From Klebsiella phage vB_KpnM_KB57, in sequence record NC_028659.1: DNA of 64,000 nt. One strand, given 5' to 3'. The notes below the pieces were generated by a model. It was not told the DNA's origin, did no database searches, and worked only from the letters and a program-made list of their open reading frames with translations. The position numbers and the translations under genes were made by a program. This document shows positions 10,294 through 20,030 of the stretch, one piece after another (positions within the stretch are counted from its first letter, which is position 1; each line of letters opens with the position of its first letter).

Positions 10294-11165
10294 TAGTTAC
10301 CTACCGCTTTATTATAGTCGAGGGTATTTCCATTCAGATCCTTGAGTTTACCGTCCGGCGTCAGTGTTCCAACCACTTGATCTTGCTTGGTATAATCCCC
10401 AATTCCCATATCGTTTGCAACCTTTTGCCAACCATCTTGGTTAGGTCCGGCAAACTTGGTTCTCCTTGCGGTGACTTCTACTTCATCGTCAGTGGCGGAA
10501 GACTGAACAGCGCCTTTCTGTTTTGTTTTTCCGCCTGACTTTTTAGGGTCTGTATACACCGTAGCCAAGGCTGTCTTCCCAAGAGTAAAAGTACGGAACT
10601 CAGTAAACTCAAGTTGAAAAACCAGCGCTGCCCCATCTGAATTGCTGCGGCTTGCTTCCAAAGAAGTAAGGATATAGTTTTCAATGATGCGGTCTTCCGT
10701 TACAAGCGTAACGATTTGGCGATCAGTGATGAGCCTTTCCAAAACCTCCAAGGCCTTTTCTGGGCGGCGGGATTCTACCGGGTTGTTAGGGTCGGTGTCT
10801 TTGTCGATGTAGTTGTTCTCAATCATGTAGAGTGGCGAGCTATTGATTCTCGCACTGAAAGAGAATTTACCATCCTCTATCACACCATGATCACTGTACT
10901 TGACCTTATTCTCTACTGCGTAGGAGGTTTTGTCAACAGTTCTTGTATACGTATGGTCTTCAACGACATCAAATAAAATCGCAATATTGTCCGTATAGTT
11001 TTTATTTTTTAATTCTACATTCCTTCCGCCATTGTTAAGGCCGCTTGCAAATAAAGTATATTGAACTTCACTACTGGCATTCTGAGCCGTAGAGACTTTT
11101 TGCTCAACGTTTGCTGTAGCCTTACCTTGTTGCGGTTTGGACTGGTTGCTTGCTACAACTGCCAT
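10293..11165 (-). CDS. tail structural protein (hypothetical)
   Basis: 290-aa ORF immediately downstream of tape measure on the same strand. Confidence 0.3.
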   Translation of the reverse strand: MAVVASNQSKPQQGKATANVEQKVSTAQNASSEVQYTLFASGLNNGGRNVELKNKNYTDNIAILFDVVEDHTYTRTVDKTSYAVENKVKYSDHGVIEDGKFSFSARINSSPLYMIENNYIDKDTDPNNPVESRRPEKALEVLERLITDRQIVTLVTEDRIIENYILTSLEASRSNSDGAALVFQLEFTEFRTFTLGKTALATVYTDPKKSGGKTKQKGAVQSSATDDEVEVTARRTKFAGPNQDGWQKVANDMGIGDYTKQDQVVGTLTPDGKLKDLNGNTLDYNKAVGN

Positions 11166-11221
11166 AAAACCTCCTCAATAAGCTTGTTATGATTTTATCA
11201 TAAATCTTCAAATAAAACAAC

Positions 11222-11246
11222 GAAAAAGGGGCCGAAGCCCCTTGTA
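11222..11246 (-). terminator. rho-independent terminator after tape-measure gene
   Basis: Minus-strand GGGGC-UUCG-GCCCC hairpin followed by UUUUUCGUUGUUUUAUU. Confidence 0.6.
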
Positions 11247-13655
11247 TTAATCTGGGACACCAAGGATTAAATTGATGTTACCCATATTCGATGCTTCGAT
11301 TTGCTGGTCAATCATATCCTTCAGCTCTCCAGCATCCAGTTTGATAGTTATTTCGCCAGAGACAGGCTCGGTAGGAATAACCATCGGAGGGGTAGCAGAA
11401 GACTTACCATTCGCCCCAGGTATCTGATTGTTCAGATAATCCAGGGTTGCCTTATCAGGACCCCAGAGGTTAGAGAACCAGCTTCCTGTTTTTCCACTGA
11501 CAATGCTATCATGCACATTGGAGAACACTTTACCACGCTCTTCGTTGAAGTCGCTGTACGGATTATATCTGTCGTTAAGTTCAGATCCTAAAGTGAACAG
11601 GGACAGCAGTCCACCTAAGGAACCCGCTCCTTTAAAGAACTTACCTACACGAGAGAATCTACCGCCCTTAGCAGGACCAGCTCCACCACCCTCTCCACCT
11701 TTAGGTGTGGCCCCATCGCCTTTACCAAAAACAGCACCAATAGTCTTGATCGCCCCAGCTAGGCCAGCGATCTTAGCTAGGATGTTGAACACCCGGACCA
11801 GGGATGTAGCAAAGAATATAGCACCTATACCCCAACCCACCCAGTTCCATGTCTTAGAAATTTCTTCGCCATTCTTCCTGAACACGGGAACATATCTCTC
11901 TAAGATAGCATTGACCATTATAAAGGCGTTATACAAAGCATAAGGTATCTTCATAAATCCGTCTATGAATCCTGCGACAAACTGACCCACGGCAGCGGCG
12001 AGTGGACCATTAGAATCCAAGATTTTGGCAAGAGTGTTAAATGTCTCTGTCATCTTATCGCCGAAACCAGATTCGAAGATCTTGTTCTGGAAGTTCATCC
12101 AAGTCTGGGTAAGGCGTTGCATAGCAACTCGGTTACCTTGTAAAGCTTTCTGTAGTGCGCCACCCTTGTTAGCAGCTTCTGCGTAGTATTTAGCAACGAA
12201 CGGAAGCACTTTAGCAGCTTTCAGTTCCCCATCCTTCATCATATCCATCAACTTCTCCACGTTGATGGATGAGTCGTTAAAAGCTTCTTGCGATGCCTTC
12301 ACGAACACCTGTAATGATCCGGGGATACCCTCGGCAAGCTGTTGCTTAAGTTCTTCAGACATGATCTGTCCTTTGCCCATCATCTGTTGAATAGCTGTAA
12401 TACCGCGTTGGTATTTTACAGGGTCAACCTGAAGAGCAGTTGCATACTCAGAGAATGACTTGAAGAGTTCGTCGTTTTGTGATTTAGTAAGCACACCGTT
12501 TGCTGCGATAGACATTTGTGTGTAACCCTGCGCAGCTACCTTAAGGTCGAGACCTAAACGATACGCCTGGTTTCTCACAAATTCAATACGCTTACCAGCC
12601 TCTGCGGAGTCATCGGACACCATCAGCATTGTTGCTTCCATACCCTGGAAGAACTGTCCAGTTTTCAGAACGCTTGCAGCGGCATTGAACGCTCCGTATG
12701 CTGCTGTAACACTGATTAATGTGCTGCGTAGATTTCTCAAGCCATCATTCAAAGAAAGAGTATTAGCGCTGGCCTTACGGAGTCCGGTTTCCATAGAGGC
12801 AAGTTCTGCACGGAAATTTGATGCCTTCATGTTCCCGCTCTTCATGTAGCGGTTAACTAAGGAATCATAACCTGGCAATTTCCTTGCATATTTATCACCA
12901 TACTTGGCACGAAGACGAATGTTGGCGTTAGATATTGTGCTAATCTTCGCTTCCCGTGCTCTTGCTCTTCTACCAGCTTCCCGCTCTGCGTCGCGGGCCA
13001 TTTTCTCTCTGGCTTTATTGTCAGCTTTATCCTGCTTGACTTGTTCACGACGCATACGTGCGTGATCACGCTCCATTGCCTTACGTTGTTGTGCTGCAAG
13101 ATGAGGATCGTAAGGTGTTGCATTAGCGTTCAGTATTGGTGAACCACCGCCGCCAGCACCCTTATTTTTCAGACTTGCTTCATATGCTGCCATACGTGCA
13201 GCAGAAATGGAAGGGTTAGTTCCATAAGCACCGTTCTTAGCAGCAAGTTTTTCTTGTTGACGGAGCTGTGCCTTCAGGGCATTATAGTTTGCCTGCGACT
13301 CTGGAGATCGACCAGCAGTTAGTCTGGAGACAGCAGCCTTACGACGTGCCTTTTCAATCTTATCAATGGCTTCACGAGCACGAGCTTCTTTCTTTGCCAT
13401 TGCGATATTGTGAGCTGTGGTCTTAGCCGCCTCTGCACGTTCAGTTTGATTGAGTCTTTTATTAACCATTCTCGCCTGCATGGCGGAACGTTTCAGGGCA
13501 GCAGCAGGGTCGGCCTTAGCAGAAGAAAAAGCCTTCCCGGTCTTTTCCCATTCGGAACGAATTTGCTTTACAGCTTTCAAGGCGCGTCCAAAGGATGTTT
13601 TGTCAACATCCCATGTCACCTTGTTGACTGTGGAAGTCACTATAATATTTGCCAT
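11247..13655 (-). CDS. tail tape measure protein
   Basis: 802 aa; long Ala/Lys/Arg-rich coiled-coil N-terminal half, Gly-rich hydrophobic C-terminal part; follows the chaperone G/GT genes. SD GAGGAAATT precedes the ATG at 13655. Confidence 0.7.
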   Translation of the reverse strand: MANIIVTSTVNKVTWDVDKTSFGRALKAVKQIRSEWEKTGKAFSSAKADPAAALKRSAMQARMVNKRLNQTERAEAAKTTAHNIAMAKKEARAREAIDKIEKARRKAAVSRLTAGRSPESQANYNALKAQLRQQEKLAAKNGAYGTNPSISAARMAAYEASLKNKGAGGGGSPILNANATPYDPHLAAQQRKAMERDHARMRREQVKQDKADNKAREKMARDAEREAGRRARAREAKISTISNANIRLRAKYGDKYARKLPGYDSLVNRYMKSGNMKASNFRAELASMETGLRKASANTLSLNDGLRNLRSTLISVTAAYGAFNAAASVLKTGQFFQGMEATMLMVSDDSAEAGKRIEFVRNQAYRLGLDLKVAAQGYTQMSIAANGVLTKSQNDELFKSFSEYATALQVDPVKYQRGITAIQQMMGKGQIMSEELKQQLAEGIPGSLQVFVKASQEAFNDSSINVEKLMDMMKDGELKAAKVLPFVAKYYAEAANKGGALQKALQGNRVAMQRLTQTWMNFQNKIFESGFGDKMTETFNTLAKILDSNGPLAAAVGQFVAGFIDGFMKIPYALYNAFIMVNAILERYVPVFRKNGEEISKTWNWVGWGIGAIFFATSLVRVFNILAKIAGLAGAIKTIGAVFGKGDGATPKGGEGGGAGPAKGGRFSRVGKFFKGAGSLGGLLSLFTLGSELNDRYNPYSDFNEERGKVFSNVHDSIVSGKTGSWFSNLWGPDKATLDYLNNQIPGANGKSSATPPMVIPTEPVSGEITIKLDAGELKDMIDQQIEASNMGNINLILGVPD

Positions 13656-13664
13656 AATTTCCTC

Positions 13665-13699
13665 AATAAAAAAGCCAGGCTCCTGAAAAGGAACCTGGC
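13665..13699 (-). terminator. intrinsic terminator/attenuator immediately upstream of tape-measure RBS
   Basis: Minus-strand 10-bp stem GCCAGGUUCC/GGAGCCUGGC (one G.U pair), loop UUUUCA, followed by UUUUUUAUU. It ends about 10 nt before the tape-measure start and just after the GT stop at 13706. Confidence 0.5.
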
Positions 13700-13705
13700 T
13701 TGAGA

Positions 13706-14463
13706 TTAACCTCTTCTGCCTTTGCTTCGGGGTTTAGCTGCTTCGGCGTCTGCTCTCGATTTCTCTTCTTTCTCATGGACATCGTTGATGAAATCTTCGA
13801 CATCGAGATACTCATTGAGCTTGAGCAAATATTCCATATCGGCAGACTCAAGGGAGATATAAGACTCTCCCTTAAAGTTCTTCAGAGCACGGCACCAGAG
13901 ATAGTCGAACCACGTCAGGGAACTATTTTTTCTTGCATAATCAATAGCTCTTTGGACGACTTTAGAAATTTTGGACGGTGTTACTCCGCTGCCACTTCCG
14001 TCGGTTCCTGATCCACCGTCGCCACTTGGTGAACCATCCCGAAGTTGCCCAGAAGTCCCTGAAGGTCTGCGAAACCGTCTTTCGTGAAAAAACAGCCGTA
14101 GTTAATCTTCAGAACCTCCGCTACCAATTTGATCAGGTCCAACATCTTATCCTGGAAGACCGTATCAATATCAATCTTGCCAGCCATTCCGTTCACAGAC
14201 ACATCTTCAAGGATGAGTTCGAATAATTTTTCGATATCATCTTGCTCCATCTGCTCAAATAGGTATAGAATTGCGGTAGGTAGTGCTTCAGAGAGGTTAG
14301 ACCCTCCGGTAAACAATGCACCACTAATAGTAGCCATTGGAACTGCGATATAACGACCAATCTTCGGAAGGTTTTTCATAACCTTGGACGGAGACCAGTG
14401 TGTGATTACAAAGTTCTTACCAGCCAGATCGATTTCTGTGGTAGGTCTAAAATTCATCATGTG
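13706..14463 (-). CDS. tail assembly chaperone GT (-1 programmed frameshift fusion)
   Basis: A -1 frame ORF overlaps the 3' end of G and stays open to the TAA at 13706-13708 (FFHERRFRRPSGTSGQLRDGSPSGDGGSG...KPRSKGRRG). Entry is through the slippery heptamer T_TTT_TTC at 14086-14092 (minus strand). Confidence 0.5.
13981..14463 (-). CDS. tail assembly chaperone G
   Basis: 160 aa from MMNFRPTTEID...; acidic C-terminus; located between tail tube and tape measure as in gpG/gpGT systems. Confidence 0.55.
   Translation of the reverse strand, partial: HMMNFRPTTEIDLAGKNFVITHWSPSKVMKNLPKIGRYIAVPMATISGALFTGGSNLSEALPTAILYLFEQMEQDDIEKLFELILEDVSVNGMAGKIDIDTVFQDKMLDLIKLVAEVLKINYGCFFTKDGFADLQGLLGNFGMVHQVATVDQEPTEVAAE
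14086..14092 (-). other. -1 ribosomal frameshift slippery heptamer T_TTT_TTC
   Basis: Minus strand reads UGU-UUU-UUC (Cys-Phe-Phe) in the G frame; a -1 slip gives UUU-UUU then CAC, continuing into the T extension. Confidence 0.5.
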
Positions 14464-14541
14464 TACGCTCCTGCGTCTTTTAAGGTTGTTATATCCATGC
14501 GTGTTTGAAAAGGCCACATCCTTGTGGCACACGAAACGCTA

Positions 14542-15015
14542 TTAGACGATACCTGCAAGGCCAGCCAGACCGAAGCCTGTAGCGTACAGAGTATCTGGGC
14601 TTAACCATGCGTCCAGGATTCCGATTTCCCAATCCATCTGGCCAACTTCAGTACCGTAGGTCAGGTCAGGCTGTTTCTGAATCCAACCAACTGTGCTCAG
14701 ACCCATACCTTGGGAGCCTTCAAGAAGGACAGGGAAGAAAATCAGGCCAGTGATGGAAGCTTGTTTCTGCCAGTTAGCCAAGTATCCGTTCCATACCGAA
14801 GTGTTCTGTAGAGAGACCGTCAGGACACCAGATTGGTTACGAGACAGCGCTGCTGACAGTTCACCATCAACCCCCATGTGGGGGATGATGTTATCTTCGT
14901 TGCGAGCAACGACGATCTTGGTATCCGCTGCGAACCCAGTGACGCGCTGAGTCATCATATAGAGACGCGCTTTCTGTGGGTCGTAAGCATACGGGGTTAA
15001 AATTCTAGTATCCAT
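14542..15015 (-). CDS. tail tube protein
   Basis: 157-aa ORF directly downstream of the sheath gene; conserved myovirus gene order. Confidence 0.55.
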   Translation of the reverse strand: MDTRILTPYAYDPQKARLYMMTQRVTGFAADTKIVVARNEDNIIPHMGVDGELSAALSRNQSGVLTVSLQNTSVWNGYLANWQKQASITGLIFFPVLLEGSQGMGLSTVGWIQKQPDLTYGTEVGQMDWEIGILDAWLSPDTLYATGFGLAGLAGIV

Positions 15016-15018
15016 TTA

Positions 15019-16515
15019 TTACACTCCTGCTGTTACTTGTCCGCTGGAAGAAGTAGACCCGGTTTTGTCTAGCAGAACAGAGATGCGGATCTTGACGAAA
15101 TGCAGGGCGCTGTTGTAGACTAGCTCTACCTTAACGTTGTTAAGAGTACGAGATGCCAGGTCATTAGATGGTATGTTTGCACGAAGCGGGATTGTTACAA
15201 CCGGATCGTAGAACACTTTGTTGACGGAATCATACCCGGTCAGAATAGAGCCGTTGGTAATACCGACATTCAGAGGACTGTTCATCAGGACTGACTTCAG
15301 GTTCGGCAGATCATCATCGCTCATTTTCATGGACAGGCCAAGATTAGAACGGCGAGACATGTAGGCGAAGATACTTTCTTCACTTCTGAACTTCAGCCAG
15401 TGACCAAAACGGACAACATCGACATACTGACCGGAGGCACACTTACCTTCCCAGAATGCGCCGACACCATTAATCATACGATAGAAGTTCAGGTTCTGGC
15501 CCCAGATAGCTGGACGCTCAGAAGAACTCAGGGTCGGAGCAATAACACCCGGCATTGTCTTCAGGTGGATTGAGTCACCATAGGATGGGTCATTAGATGC
15601 CATTGCACCGATGATACCACCTTCAGGGAATGCACTATCAGCAAGCGGGTCATACATACCAATGCTAGTATCATACTGAAGTGCTTTCAGTTGATTAGCA
15701 ATAGAATCTCCGTCGACAACTTTTGACAGCGGATCGGATGTTGAATAGACGTGAAGCTTATAGTTAGCAGCAGCATAAGCGGCAGCTCCCAGAATTGCAG
15801 AAGAAACATGTTGTTCTGTGCTCAGGAAGTACCAGTTGCTGTTTGCAGTTTCTACCTGTGGTAGAACACCGCTTACAGTCTCAGTTGAGTTGTTAGTCAG
15901 TGTGCAATCACCGGAGTCAACACCGATGCTAAACGGCTCGCCGATAACATCAGAAGATGTTGCCATGATGCCTTGGTCAGATTCGGTTGTAACCACCTCA
16001 TCATTGTTAGTAGCTAGCAGAGAGCCATCACCTTTCGGAGTGATTGTTACAACACCAGTTGTAGCTACTGCGCCGACAATTACATTAAGCGTGGTATCGG
16101 AGTTGATTGCAGATGCCAGGGCTGTTGCAATACTCTCTGGTGTAGATGCGGTAGTAACAGGAATAACGATGCTTTTAGTATACGCACCTGCTGCAACGTT
16201 GAAACTTACCGGGTTATTAGGATCTACGTTAGTCTGCCCTGTGAAATCGATAACTGTTGATTCCCATGCTTGTCTTCCGATCATAAGCGCTTGGGGGCGG
16301 AAAGTCCCAGCAAAGGCTTTTGTCGCAAAAGTATACGCAGGGGAACCTACAGCGAAACCATCAGCAGCGAGTTCATCCAGATCTGTATATGTACGTACTC
16401 GTTCTGGGAAAACGTTGTGAATTGCGATAAATAGAGGGGTTTCAAACCCTACGGTGTCGATTGGTTGTGTCCCGAGAACAACCGTTACGTCAACAACCTT
16501 ATCATTATAAGCCAT
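15019..16515 (-). CDS. tail sheath protein
   Basis: 498 aa, Thr/Ala/Gly-rich, typical contractile-sheath composition; adjacent to the tube gene. Confidence 0.65.
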   Translation of the reverse strand: MAYNDKVVDVTVVLGTQPIDTVGFETPLFIAIHNVFPERVRTYTDLDELAADGFAVGSPAYTFATKAFAGTFRPQALMIGRQAWESTVIDFTGQTNVDPNNPVSFNVAAGAYTKSIVIPVTTASTPESIATALASAINSDTTLNVIVGAVATTGVVTITPKGDGSLLATNNDEVVTTESDQGIMATSSDVIGEPFSIGVDSGDCTLTNNSTETVSGVLPQVETANSNWYFLSTEQHVSSAILGAAAYAAANYKLHVYSTSDPLSKVVDGDSIANQLKALQYDTSIGMYDPLADSAFPEGGIIGAMASNDPSYGDSIHLKTMPGVIAPTLSSSERPAIWGQNLNFYRMINGVGAFWEGKCASGQYVDVVRFGHWLKFRSEESIFAYMSRRSNLGLSMKMSDDDLPNLKSVLMNSPLNVGITNGSILTGYDSVNKVFYDPVVTIPLRANIPSNDLASRTLNNVKVELVYNSALHFVKIRISVLLDKTGSTSSSGQVTAGV

Positions 16516-16547
16516 TGATTTCCTCTTCTTCTATTTCTTTCATAAAG

Positions 16548-17093
16548 TTATTGTTGATCATCTGGAGCCGGATAGTAATAAACCATCTCTGCATTCACCC
16601 TCTCGATATCCTCGAAAGCTCCTGTATCTGTCACTCCAACGCAGACGTTAAAAGTGATAAGTACAGTTGCACGGTTTTCGAAGGTTTGCATGTTCAACGG
16701 AACTCTCTGGCGCGATACCGTTGAGGAAGAAGAATATGCAAATGGGGAATTGGTTGGAAAATACTTGTCGCAGATGTAGGGGAGGCTCAAGGCCTGTAGA
16801 ATCCGAGTTAATGCATTTGATGCTTTTCCTCGAAATGCTGTCAGGTTGTAAACCACCTCGTAGTTGTGAGTTATTACAGCGTTACCGCTCTCATCTACCC
16901 ACTCGTTCGCAGCCCAGTCCATCTGGTCAGCGGTAACTTGGTTGAGCATGATGAACTCACCCTCTACCTTGGATATGACGTCTCCGTCCCCGTCAATTAT
17001 TTTTCTCCCCGTGACTTCTTTGCAAAATCTGGCGAGCGTAACTGCGAGGGCGTCAAAAATATCATCGGAGTTTGTTACGAAGTCTGCCATCAT
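16548..17093 (-). CDS. tail completion / sheath terminator-like protein (putative)
   Basis: Position between neck genes and sheath; overlapping start/stop codons with its neighbours. Confidence 0.3.
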   Translation of the reverse strand: MMADFVTNSDDIFDALAVTLARFCKEVTGRKIIDGDGDVISKVEGEFIMLNQVTADQMDWAANEWVDESGNAVITHNYEVVYNLTAFRGKASNALTRILQALSLPYICDKYFPTNSPFAYSSSSTVSRQRVPLNMQTFENRATVLITFNVCVGVTDTGAFEDIERVNAEMVYYYPAPDDQQ

Positions 17094-17527
17094 AGGCCTC
17101 CTTCTGTCCCCGCAGGCGTAGAGATCACATACGCTCTGTAACGGCTAACCCCTGTCGTCTGATACGGATCAGACTTGATAACAGTAAACCATTCCATTTC
17201 CCCACGGGAATTCATGAGCTGGATTTGGTCTGCTAGCAGGAAAGAACCTTCGACAGGACCTTTAAGAAGAGTTGACGAATATACAGTGAATGAATCATAC
17301 TGTCTGCCGCCAGCCTCGGTCAACTGAGAAGTGTAGTCTCTTGCTGCCTTGCCTGTCAGAGGCTGAACAACGCATTCCAAGACATCAAACTCTTCATACT
17401 GAATAGCGATCTCTTGGTTTTCGAATGGATTGCCTGGGTCTGGCTGGGAAAAAGTACGATGTCTCCCGATGAAAGTCTTTCTCGGAATCAGCTTATTCCT
17501 GCCTATTAATCTGTAGCCTGGTGTCAT
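17090..17527 (-). CDS. neck/tail terminator protein (putative)
   Basis: Gene order; ATGA overlap coupling. Confidence 0.3.
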   Translation of the reverse strand: MTPGYRLIGRNKLIPRKTFIGRHRTFSQPDPGNPFENQEIAIQYEEFDVLECVVQPLTGKAARDYTSQLTEAGGRQYDSFTVYSSTLLKGPVEGSFLLADQIQLMNSRGEMEWFTVIKSDPYQTTGVSRYRAYVISTPAGTEGGL

Positions 17528-17997
17528 TTAGTCCCCTTCCCAGTGGAAATCTTATAGGTTGCAGATGACTTCAGGTCGCCGTAGTGGAACATGGCCTCTT
17601 TAAATCCTTTGACATCGGCCCATGCATCAGATACGATGTTATTAGGGAACAGACCACCTTCGATGACATATCGAATCTTGTCTGCACCTGCTTGACCGAT
17701 TTGTTTCAGGACTGGAGTCGGGTCTTGCGCTCCCGCCGCCAATTGACCGAAGAGGTCGATCTGAAATTTTTTAAGTTCTTTCTGGAAAAGAACGCCCGCG
17801 CTAGTCATGAAAGTACGAGCCGGGAGGTTATTCCAACCCTCTTGATGAATCGCTGCAAGAGTTGCAGTATTCAGGCCAGAATAGTGAGGATCGTCGAAAA
17901 AGCCGTAGCTTACCTGACGATAATCAAGCTTCTTAACCGCATTAAAGAAGTTCATAAGCTGGCTAAGATCTTGCGTACTTGTGAATTTTGGTATCAT
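17524..17997 (-). CDS. head-tail joining protein (putative)
   Basis: Gene order. Confidence 0.3.
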   Translation of the reverse strand: MIPKFTSTQDLSQLMNFFNAVKKLDYRQVSYGFFDDPHYSGLNTATLAAIHQEGWNNLPARTFMTSAGVLFQKELKKFQIDLFGQLAAGAQDPTPVLKQIGQAGADKIRYVIEGGLFPNNIVSDAWADVKGFKEAMFHYGDLKSSATYKISTGKGTK

Positions 17998-18062
17998 GAC
18001 TGCATCCGTTTAGGTATTTTACCACATTATCTTAGCAAAATCAACGATAAACGTTTGGATAG

Positions 18063-18581
18063 TTAGCAAGGCCAACGGCGAGGGTATCGACGAGGAATTC
18101 CTGGAACACCAGTTTGTGGAATTATGCCACCAACATCGAAAGGTCCACGGGAGTTTCTGTCGTATTTAACACGGTTGAACTCGTCTTCACGAACGCCACC
18201 AACGATAACAAGGCCTCTGACCGCACTTAAGCAATCATTGACATAGTCAGGGTTTTCAAGCAGCCAGTCGAGGAAGTCTTTCCAATTCTGGTAAGGAGAC
18301 CCACCTTTGATCTGGATAGTTTCATCACCAATCTTTTCAAGGCGGTCCGTGATTGATGCCTCTCCTGTGTTCACTTCCTGAAGAATCAACCAACGTACCA
18401 CGTCAACAAGAGTATTGTAAATAACGTAGTAAACGGTACATGGCGTGTTATCATCACTGGGGTAATTAGCCTTTGATTTCTCTATTGCCAAAAAGGCAAG
18501 GATAATCTCGTCGGGTAAGACTTCCGGGGAAATGGACCCAAGGAGCAGGCGAATATAAGCAACAATTTCTTGGTCTGTCAT
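18063..18581 (-). CDS. head completion / connector protein (putative)
   Basis: Gene order; acidic, Leu-rich protein. Confidence 0.3.
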   Translation of the reverse strand: MTDQEIVAYIRLLLGSISPEVLPDEIILAFLAIEKSKANYPSDDNTPCTVYYVIYNTLVDVVRWLILQEVNTGEASITDRLEKIGDETIQIKGGSPYQNWKDFLDWLLENPDYVNDCLSAVRGLVIVGGVREDEFNRVKYDRNSRGPFDVGGIIPQTGVPGIPRRYPRRWPC

Positions 18582-18651
18582 TTTCGCTCCTTCAAGCTCT
18601 TCTATTTATCAATATCTTATCATATAACGTCGATTTTGTCATCAAAAACAC

Positions 18652-18679
18652 TTGACATCATGGAACAGAGTGCTATTCT
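18652..18679 (+). promoter_or_regulatory. sigma70-like promoter for plus-strand moron
   Basis: TTGACA - 16 nt - TATTCT, about 25 nt upstream of the GAGGAGA SD and ATG at 18706. Confidence 0.45.
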
Positions 18680-18705
18680 CAAAGAAAATTATTGAGGAGA
18701 ATCCC

Positions 18706-19104
18706 ATGAAAACAGTAATAGCAGGTGTTATCACAGCCCTCGTTGTCTCGGGTGGACTTATCTACTTTATGAAAACCAACCCCAATATGAACAAACTCGA
18801 CGATGTTTCTTCAAGCTGGTTGTCTGATGAAGAAAAAACAGAGGCCATTCATCGGATTGCTGGGATGAAGTGCGATACAGAATTCAGAAAGGCATTCATT
18901 CCCGGCACTCTGACGACGCAGACAGGTATGTTAGATGAGATGGAAGAACAAGAAGATAGTTTCCAAGTAATGAGGAATATGGGGATAGTCAACGGTACTG
19001 TTCTTGCAACAGGAACTTACATCTGTAAATATTATAAAGATGGTCGCCAACCTTATCTTCAGGTATCTTTGAAACCAGAGGCGAGACCGCTACTAAAAAA
19101 ATAA
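18706..19104 (+). CDS. membrane-anchored protein (moron on opposite strand inside structural module)
   Basis: MKTVIAGVITALVVSGGLIYF N-terminal TM/signal anchor; strong SD; own promoter; followed by a bidirectional terminator. Confidence 0.5.
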   Translation: MKTVIAGVITALVVSGGLIYFMKTNPNMNKLDDVSSSWLSDEEKTEAIHRIAGMKCDTEFRKAFIPGTLTTQTGMLDEMEEQEDSFQVMRNMGIVNGTVLATGTYICKYYKDGRQPYLQVSLKPEARPLLKK

Positions 19105-19120
19105 GGCCCCGGAGGGCCTT
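19103..19120. terminator. bidirectional intrinsic terminator
   Basis: AGGCCC-CGGA-GGGCCU hairpin flanked by A7 upstream and UUAUAUU downstream; lies between convergent genes 18706..19104(+) and 19125..19424(-). Confidence 0.6.
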
Positions 19121-19124
19121 TATA

Positions 19125-19424
19125 TTACGCCATAATGCCAGCAGCCTTCAGCTTGGAAAGAAGGGCATTAAAGTCGGTAACCAGTCCAGCTACGTCAGTC
19201 GCAACCGTATTGGCCTGTGTTGCCGCCATTTTAACACCGCCAACCACAGAAGTGGTTGCAGCTACGGGAGCAAAAGTGGTAGGCTTACCAGTAATATCGG
19301 CCCATGCCACAGATCCGCCACTGCCAGCGGCAGCAATAACATCAGCGAAGGAAATAACTCCGCCAGTTGCAATGTCAATCAGTTTTGTACCGTAGACCAG
19401 TCCAGCTACACCAGATGTTGCCAT
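19125..19424 (-). CDS. small Gly/Ala-rich structural protein (hypothetical)
   Basis: 99-aa Ala/Gly/Val/Thr-rich ORF downstream of the capsid gene. Confidence 0.35.
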   Translation of the reverse strand: MATSGVAGLVYGTKLIDIATGGVISFADVIAAAGSGGSVAWADITGKPTTFAPVAATTSVVGGVKMAATQANTVATDVAGLVTDFNALLSKLKAAGIMA

Positions 19425-19443
19425 TTTAAATCTCCTAAGATTA

Positions 19444-19842
19444 TTACTTCAGTGCGGATTCGAAGTCAGCTAACATATTTTCAAATGTCTTGCTCTTCGA
19501 CAGGGTAACACCCTTGTTTGCTGCGAATTCAGCAAGTTTGTCTTTACTACCTTTTTTGTCGGCTTCATCAAGCAGTGCAGATGCTTCAGCAAGAAGTGCC
19601 TTTACGTCCACAGAGTCTGTCTCAATGATTTCTGTATTATCTTCTACAACCTGTTCAACAACGGTTTCTTCCGCTTTTGGTCTAACCGTAACAGGTTTAA
19701 CTTCAGACGGAGGTGTAATGTCCCCGTTAAAGAACACGATGAAGTTGCCCATCCTCAGAGTAGAGGTCTTGGCGTCTACAGGAAGACCGGACAGGTCTGC
19801 AAGTTCCTGGAAAAACTCCATGAAAGAACGAAAAGCCTTCAT
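19444..19842 (-). CDS. hypothetical head-associated protein
   Basis: 132-aa ORF with good coding appearance; acidic C-terminal half. Confidence 0.35.
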   Translation of the reverse strand: MKAFRSFMEFFQELADLSGLPVDAKTSTLRMGNFIVFFNGDITPPSEVKPVTVRPKAEETVVEQVVEDNTEIIETDSVDVKALLAEASALLDEADKKGSKDKLAEFAANKGVTLSKSKTFENMLADFESALK

Positions 19843-19973
19843 TTGCTTACCAAGACGAAGCCATTTAGGGGTAAGCGGCTTGAAGCGCTAATGTTCAATT
19901 CGGGAATGTATGCCCCAAAGAACTTGAAAAGCTCTACCTTGTTCGGGAAAATGCGATAATTTTGATTTGCCAT
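19839..19973 (-). CDS. small hypothetical protein
   Basis: ATG at 19973 preceded by AAAGGAGATTCT; 44 aa. Confidence 0.3.
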   Translation of the reverse strand: MANQNYRIFPNKVELFKFFGAYIPELNISASSRLPLNGFVLVSK

Positions 19974-20030
19974 AGAATCTCCTTTGGTCCTCATAAACCT
20001 CTTGACATATAAGATCACCATGCTAATCTT

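Noticed and set aside
13663-13851. 62-aa minus ORF downstream of chaperone G
   Set aside because: In the wrong frame relative to the T extension reached by the T_TTT_TTC slip, and it overlaps the terminator hairpin; the -1 frame ORF explains this region.
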